Source of the DNA: the human T2T-CHM13v2.0 reference genome, Homo sapiens
DNA length: 64,000 bases
Reading direction: 5' to 3' (one strand)
Assembly: GCF_009914755.1 (NCBI RefSeq)
Contig: NC_060943.1
Shown here: positions 63,298 through 64,000 of the stretch, piece by piece
Layout of the letters: each line of letters begins with the position of its first letter
Position numbering within the stretch: position 1 is the first letter of the stretch
Notes under the pieces: model-generated
What the model saw: only the letters and a program-made list of their open reading frames with translations
The model's database searches: none
Told to the model about the DNA's origin: nothing
Position numbers and translations under genes: made by a program

Positions 63298-63716
63298 CTA
63301 GAGCCCTCCCCCTCCCACCTCGTCACATCCCGCTCCTATGCTCCTTGTGCCCCCACAAGGATCCTGGGCATCAGGCTAGCTGTGAGGCCAAAATGCAGAT
63401 TCCCAGGCCCAGCCCACAATGCTGGGTCAGTAGATGTGGAGGACTTCCTCTTCTTCCCCCGCCCGCCGCCTATCCCTTCTTTTGGGAGTAGAACCCAACT
63501 CTTGCTTTTGGGGAACCACTGACCCCCTCTCATCCTGTAGCAATGTGATTCACACTTGGAGTTGTGACCTGTTAGGTTGTGAAGTTGATTTTGCGGGTAG
63601 TGAGCAGCATTTTGAAAAATGAAATCAAATAGAACAGAAGAGAAAACTATCAGAAAGTGTTTATGTAATAAGGGAATCAGGGGTAAGTGTTGGTTCATAA
63701 AATTCTTACTGCAGAC

Positions 63717-64000
63717 GCGTGTGTGTGTGTGTGGTGGGTGTGTGGTGTATATGTGGTGTGTGTGTGGTGTGGTGTGTGTGTGGTGTGTGGTGTGTGTGCG
63801 TGTGTGGTGTATATGTGGTGTGTGTGTGTGGTGTGTATGTGGGTGTGTGGTTTGTGTGTGGTGTGTGTGGTGTGTGTGTATGGTGTGTGTGTGGTGTGTG
63901 TGTGTGGGTGTGTGGTTGTGTGGTGTGTGTGTATGGTGTGTGTGTGGTGTATATGTGGTGTGTATGTGGTGTGTGTGTGGTTGTGTGGTGTGTGTGTGGT
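63717..64000. repeat. (TG)n/(GTG)n compound simple repeat in a SHISA7 intron
   Basis: Continuous tg/gtg repeats running to the window end. Confidence 0.95.

Overview
Mammalian, almost certainly human, genomic DNA: GC-rich and Alu-dense. The gene order matches chr19q13.42 as I recall it. From left to right: the IL11 proximal promoter (gene body lies left of the window, minus strand); TMEM190 (+, 5 coding exons, 177 aa); TMEM238 (-, single coding exon, 176 aa); RPL28 (+, 137 aa, with mirtron miR-6805 and several alternative last exons); UBE2S (-, 4 exons, 222 aa); about 20 kb of intergenic repeats (Alu, L1, L2, MIR, MLT1, a MER52-like solo LTR); and the last exon with a 4.4-kb 3' UTR of SHISA7 (-). 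I rebuilt the exon structures by hand from splice sites, and they give complete in-frame proteins. I find no evidence of a wholly new gene system. The items most worth checking are: RPL28 alternative C-termini built from ancient transposons, one lying antisense inside UBE2S; a box C/D snoRNA-like element in that same intron; a layered YCAY-rich and CRE-rich minisatellite in the SHISA7 3' UTR; a 240-bp promoter-region duplicate that has lost its CpGs; a GC splice donor in TMEM190; and oppositely oriented MSR1 arrays around the TMEM190 promoter. Gene and repeat names come from recall, not from database searches.
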